Source: a virus (taxonomy: Duplodnaviria > Caudoviricetes). Taken from it: a stretch of 57,007 bases of DNA. The position numbers and the translations under genes are program-made. The stretch covers positions 1 through 57,007 of IMG/VR virus record IMGVR_UViG_3300046780_000292; one strand, 5' to 3'. The notes beneath the pieces are model-generated. The model saw only the letters and a program-made list of their open reading frames with translations. It did no database searches and had not been told where the DNA came from. Of the stretch, positions 55,182-57,007 are shown piece after piece. Each line of letters opens with the position of its first letter. Position 1 is the stretch's first letter.

Positions 55182-55370
55182 TCAGGCGTGGTTGCGGCGG
55201 GCGACTTCCTCGTTCGACTTCTTGATGGCGTAGGTGAGCATGTCGCCTTTGATGCCGGTGTTGAGGGCGTTCAGGAGGGCGTTTCCTTCGGCGGTCAGCG
55301 GCCCGATGGGGACGATCGCCATGGTCGCGGCGGGGGTCTGGGTGGTCTGCTTGCGGCCGAAGAGCTTCAT
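55182..55370 (-). CDS. Hypothetical 62-aa protein
   Basis: GGAGG SD; first gene after the 55397-55426 promoter. Confidence 0.65.
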   Translation of the reverse strand: MKLFGRKQTTQTPAATMAIVPIGPLTAEGNALLNALNTGIKGDMLTYAIKKSNEEVARRNHA

Positions 55371-55396
55371 TTACTGCCTCCTTGATGTATGCCCTT

Positions 55397-55426
55397 AGCC
55401 TACACCCTACTTGACGATCCTGTCAA
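55397..55426 (-). promoter_or_regulatory. Sigma70-type promoter with a CTTGAC-N6-GTCAAG operator-like palindrome
   Basis: TTGACA-18-TAGGCT. Confidence 0.7.
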
Positions 55427-55850
55427 GCCGCTCCTTCAGCACCTCCCGCACCTCCTTGACGTACACCTCCCGATCGACCGCCGAACGAGTCGGTGCAGCC
55501 TTCAACGTCCCCCGCGACACCAGCTCGTGCACCCACTGCCGCGAGCAGTCCAGCACCGCAGCCGCTGCCGTCCGGCTCAGCGAATCCCGGCCGAACCCGC
55601 CAGCAGCGAACAACACCCGGCCCAGCGGCAGGGCCCAGAACTCCGTGCTGTCGAGGTCGCCCGGGTCGACGACGCTGCGCACCTTCGCGACAGCCGCCGG
55701 GTCCTCGTTACGCAGGCCCTCAGCGAGGACGTGCGCGGTGGTCAGGAAGTGCTCCTGGGGGTCCTGGAAGTAGTTGTCCCCGAAGGCGACCTTCCAGCGG
55801 ATGTGCAGCAGGGCGAGCCGTTCGGCCAGGTCGGTGGTGACGTCTTTCAT
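55407..55850 (-). CDS. HTH DNA-binding protein
   Basis: LSRTAAAAVLDCSRQWVHELVSRGTL helix-turn-helix. Confidence 0.75.
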   Translation of the reverse strand: MKDVTTDLAERLALLHIRWKVAFGDNYFQDPQEHFLTTAHVLAEGLRNEDPAAVAKVRSVVDPGDLDSTEFWALPLGRVLFAAGGFGRDSLSRTAAAAVLDCSRQWVHELVSRGTLKAAPTRSAVDREVYVKEVREVLKERLDRIVK

Positions 55851-55871
55851 GATGTCCTCCTCGGGACGCAG

Positions 55872-55897
55872 GAGGCCCCGGCCGAAGCCGGGGCCTC
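55872..55897 (-). other. Stable cUUCGg hairpin between genes
   Basis: 11-bp stem GAGGCCCCGGC-TTCG-GCCGGGGCCTC; no U-tract. Confidence 0.55.
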
Positions 55898-55910
55898 ACG
55901 GTGGTGGGGG

Positions 55911-56246
55911 TCAGCCCGCCGCGTTGAGCAGCCGGGCCAGCAGGACGTGCAGGCGGGGAACGACGTAGGTGTAGACCGAAACCTCGTTCACCCGGGCCGG
56001 GGAGACGCCGAGGGGGGCACCGTCGGCGTCCTCCAGGATCTCGGTGGTGATGGCGAAGCGTCCGGCGGTGTCCTGGGTGTCGGGGACCAGTCGGCCAGAG
56101 CGCTGGATGCGGATGATGCTTTGCGGGTCGGCGGTGTCGCACAGGATGTCCATGACGGGCTTGCCTTCGAGGACGACCAGGTGCCGGGCGACGGTGCCCG
56201 TGGTGCTGTCGTACTTGATCTCGTCTGCGCTGTGTCCGAGCTTCAT
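55911..56246 (-). CDS. Hypothetical protein (111 aa)
   Basis: GGAGGAG SD; promoter directly upstream. Confidence 0.7.
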   Translation of the reverse strand: MKLGHSADEIKYDSTTGTVARHLVVLEGKPVMDILCDTADPQSIIRIQRSGRLVPDTQDTAGRFAITTEILEDADGAPLGVSPARVNEVSVYTYVVPRLHVLLARLLNAAG

Positions 56247-56283
56247 GGTGTTCTCCTCCGGGTCTGTCAACCTGTGTAGACCC

Positions 56284-56313
56284 ATCATAGACACCACTTG
56301 ACGCAGACGTCAA
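56284..56313 (-). promoter_or_regulatory. Sigma70-type promoter with a TTGAC-N6-GTCAA palindrome
   Basis: TTGACG-18-TATGAT. Confidence 0.7.
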
Positions 56314-56516
56314 CCCTTCTTGGCAACCTTCTTCGCCGCATCCCGCAACGACTGCCCAGCCCGGATCACCGGACGCAGCCCCCGCAGAAACGCCCCCGCC
56401 TCCTTGCCGCTCATCCCGCTGCCCTTACCACCGGTCGGCTCATCCACCAGCCTCAAACCGAGATCCCCATAGTGGTCGTCCAGGTGCTGCTGCTTCGGGT
56501 CGATCTGCTCAGCCAT
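56310..56516 (-). CDS. 68-aa protein translationally coupled to the ART gene (candidate immunity protein/partner)
   Basis: TGATG overlap with the ART stop; MAEQIDPKQQH... Confidence 0.65.
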   Translation of the reverse strand: MAEQIDPKQQHLDDHYGDLGLRLVDEPTGGKGSGMSGKEAGAFLRGLRPVIRAGQSLRDAAKKVAKKG

Positions 56517-57007
56517 CACTTGTCTCCTACGATCCGAACCCGCAAAACCGTGTGGCCGCCCGTGGTCTTCTCCACGGACAACACCTTGAACTTCGTTCCC
56601 GCCGCCAACAGCATCTCGTTCTCCTGGTTCTTGAAGTGCGAGACACCGTTCACGAACGCCGCCGGGGTGCCCTTCGGGGCCTCGATGATCAGCTGGAGCG
56701 GCTGCCCGGAGAAGTGGCCACTCGATCCGGCGACGGTCGTCGACACGAACGCCGGATCCTCGAAGGTCTTCCCGAGCAGCTTGTGCGGGTCGCTCTGGAA
56801 CGACTTCAGCTCGGGCGGCCAGCCGGTGCCACGCTTCAGCAAGGTGTGCTGCGGGAGGGGCATCATCGCGGACTGAATGGTGACGACCGTCTGCTTCGTC
56901 GACTGGCTGGCCGAGCCTTCGCCGCGCAGATACGAGTTGTACGTGTGGTACGAGCTGCCCGTGTACGACTTGATCGCGGACTTCTGCTCCGCCGACCACT
57001 TGATCCC
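56516..57007 (-). CDS. 3' end (VIP2-like ART catalytic domain) of the giant gene starting at 4610
   Basis: YNSYLRG, LKRG (catalytic R), FVSTT (STS motif), ENE (ExE motif), stop at 56516. Confidence 0.9.
   Translation of the reverse strand, partial: GIKWSAEQKSAIKSYTGSSYHTYNSYLRGEGSASQSTKQTVVTIQSAMMPLPQHTLLKRGTGWPPELKSFQSDPHKLLGKTFEDPAFVSTTVAGSSGHFSGQPLQLIIEAPKGTPAAFVNGVSHFKNQENEMLLAAGTKFKVLSVEKTTGGHTVLRVRIVGDK
56814..57007 (+). repeat. Terminal direct repeat, right copy
   Basis: Matches 1-194 with one mismatch. Confidence 0.95.

Larger units (their letters stand above)
1..57007. mobile_element. Complete circularly permuted actinobacteriophage genome (siphovirus-like), unit length ~56.8 kb
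   Basis: Terminase, portal, capsid, tail and lysis modules are all present. The ends overlap by 194 bp. High GC, actinobacterial-type promoters, no host housekeeping genes. Confidence 0.95.

Overview
The window is an apparently complete, circularly permuted genome of a high-GC tailed actinobacteriophage. Positions 1-194 repeat at 56814-57007, giving a unit length of about 56,813 bp. It is siphovirus-like, with separate hexamer and pentamer capsid proteins as in Rosebush/cluster-B-type phages. Most genes are on the minus strand: terminase, portal, MuF, maturation protease, capsid, neck, tail and lysis. A plus-strand early block at 20.4-26.5 kb holds an iteron-containing replication initiator, a helicase loader, ERF, HicA-like, NADAR and HNH genes. 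I found no integrase, polymerase, RT or CRISPR. Main highlights: (1) a ~1,635-aa, almost arginine-free protein with a C-terminal VIP2-like R-S-ExE ADP-ribosyltransferase crosses the contig junction and was missed by the ORF track. It shares a CCHC motif with MuF and lies ~1.4 kb upstream of an ADP-ribosylglycohydrolase; NADAR and Tad2-like genes occur elsewhere. (2) About 18 copies of an AT-rich 14-mer (CAWGATCRAAAACG) are spread across the genome, often against codon bias. (3) Five tRNA-shaped RNAs all have broken or missing anticodon arms and sit in structured non-coding cassettes. (4) An inverted glycosyltransferase/2OG-Fe(II) oxygenase/methyltransferase cassette sits inside the head module. 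All family calls come from recognising motifs by eye; no database searches were run.
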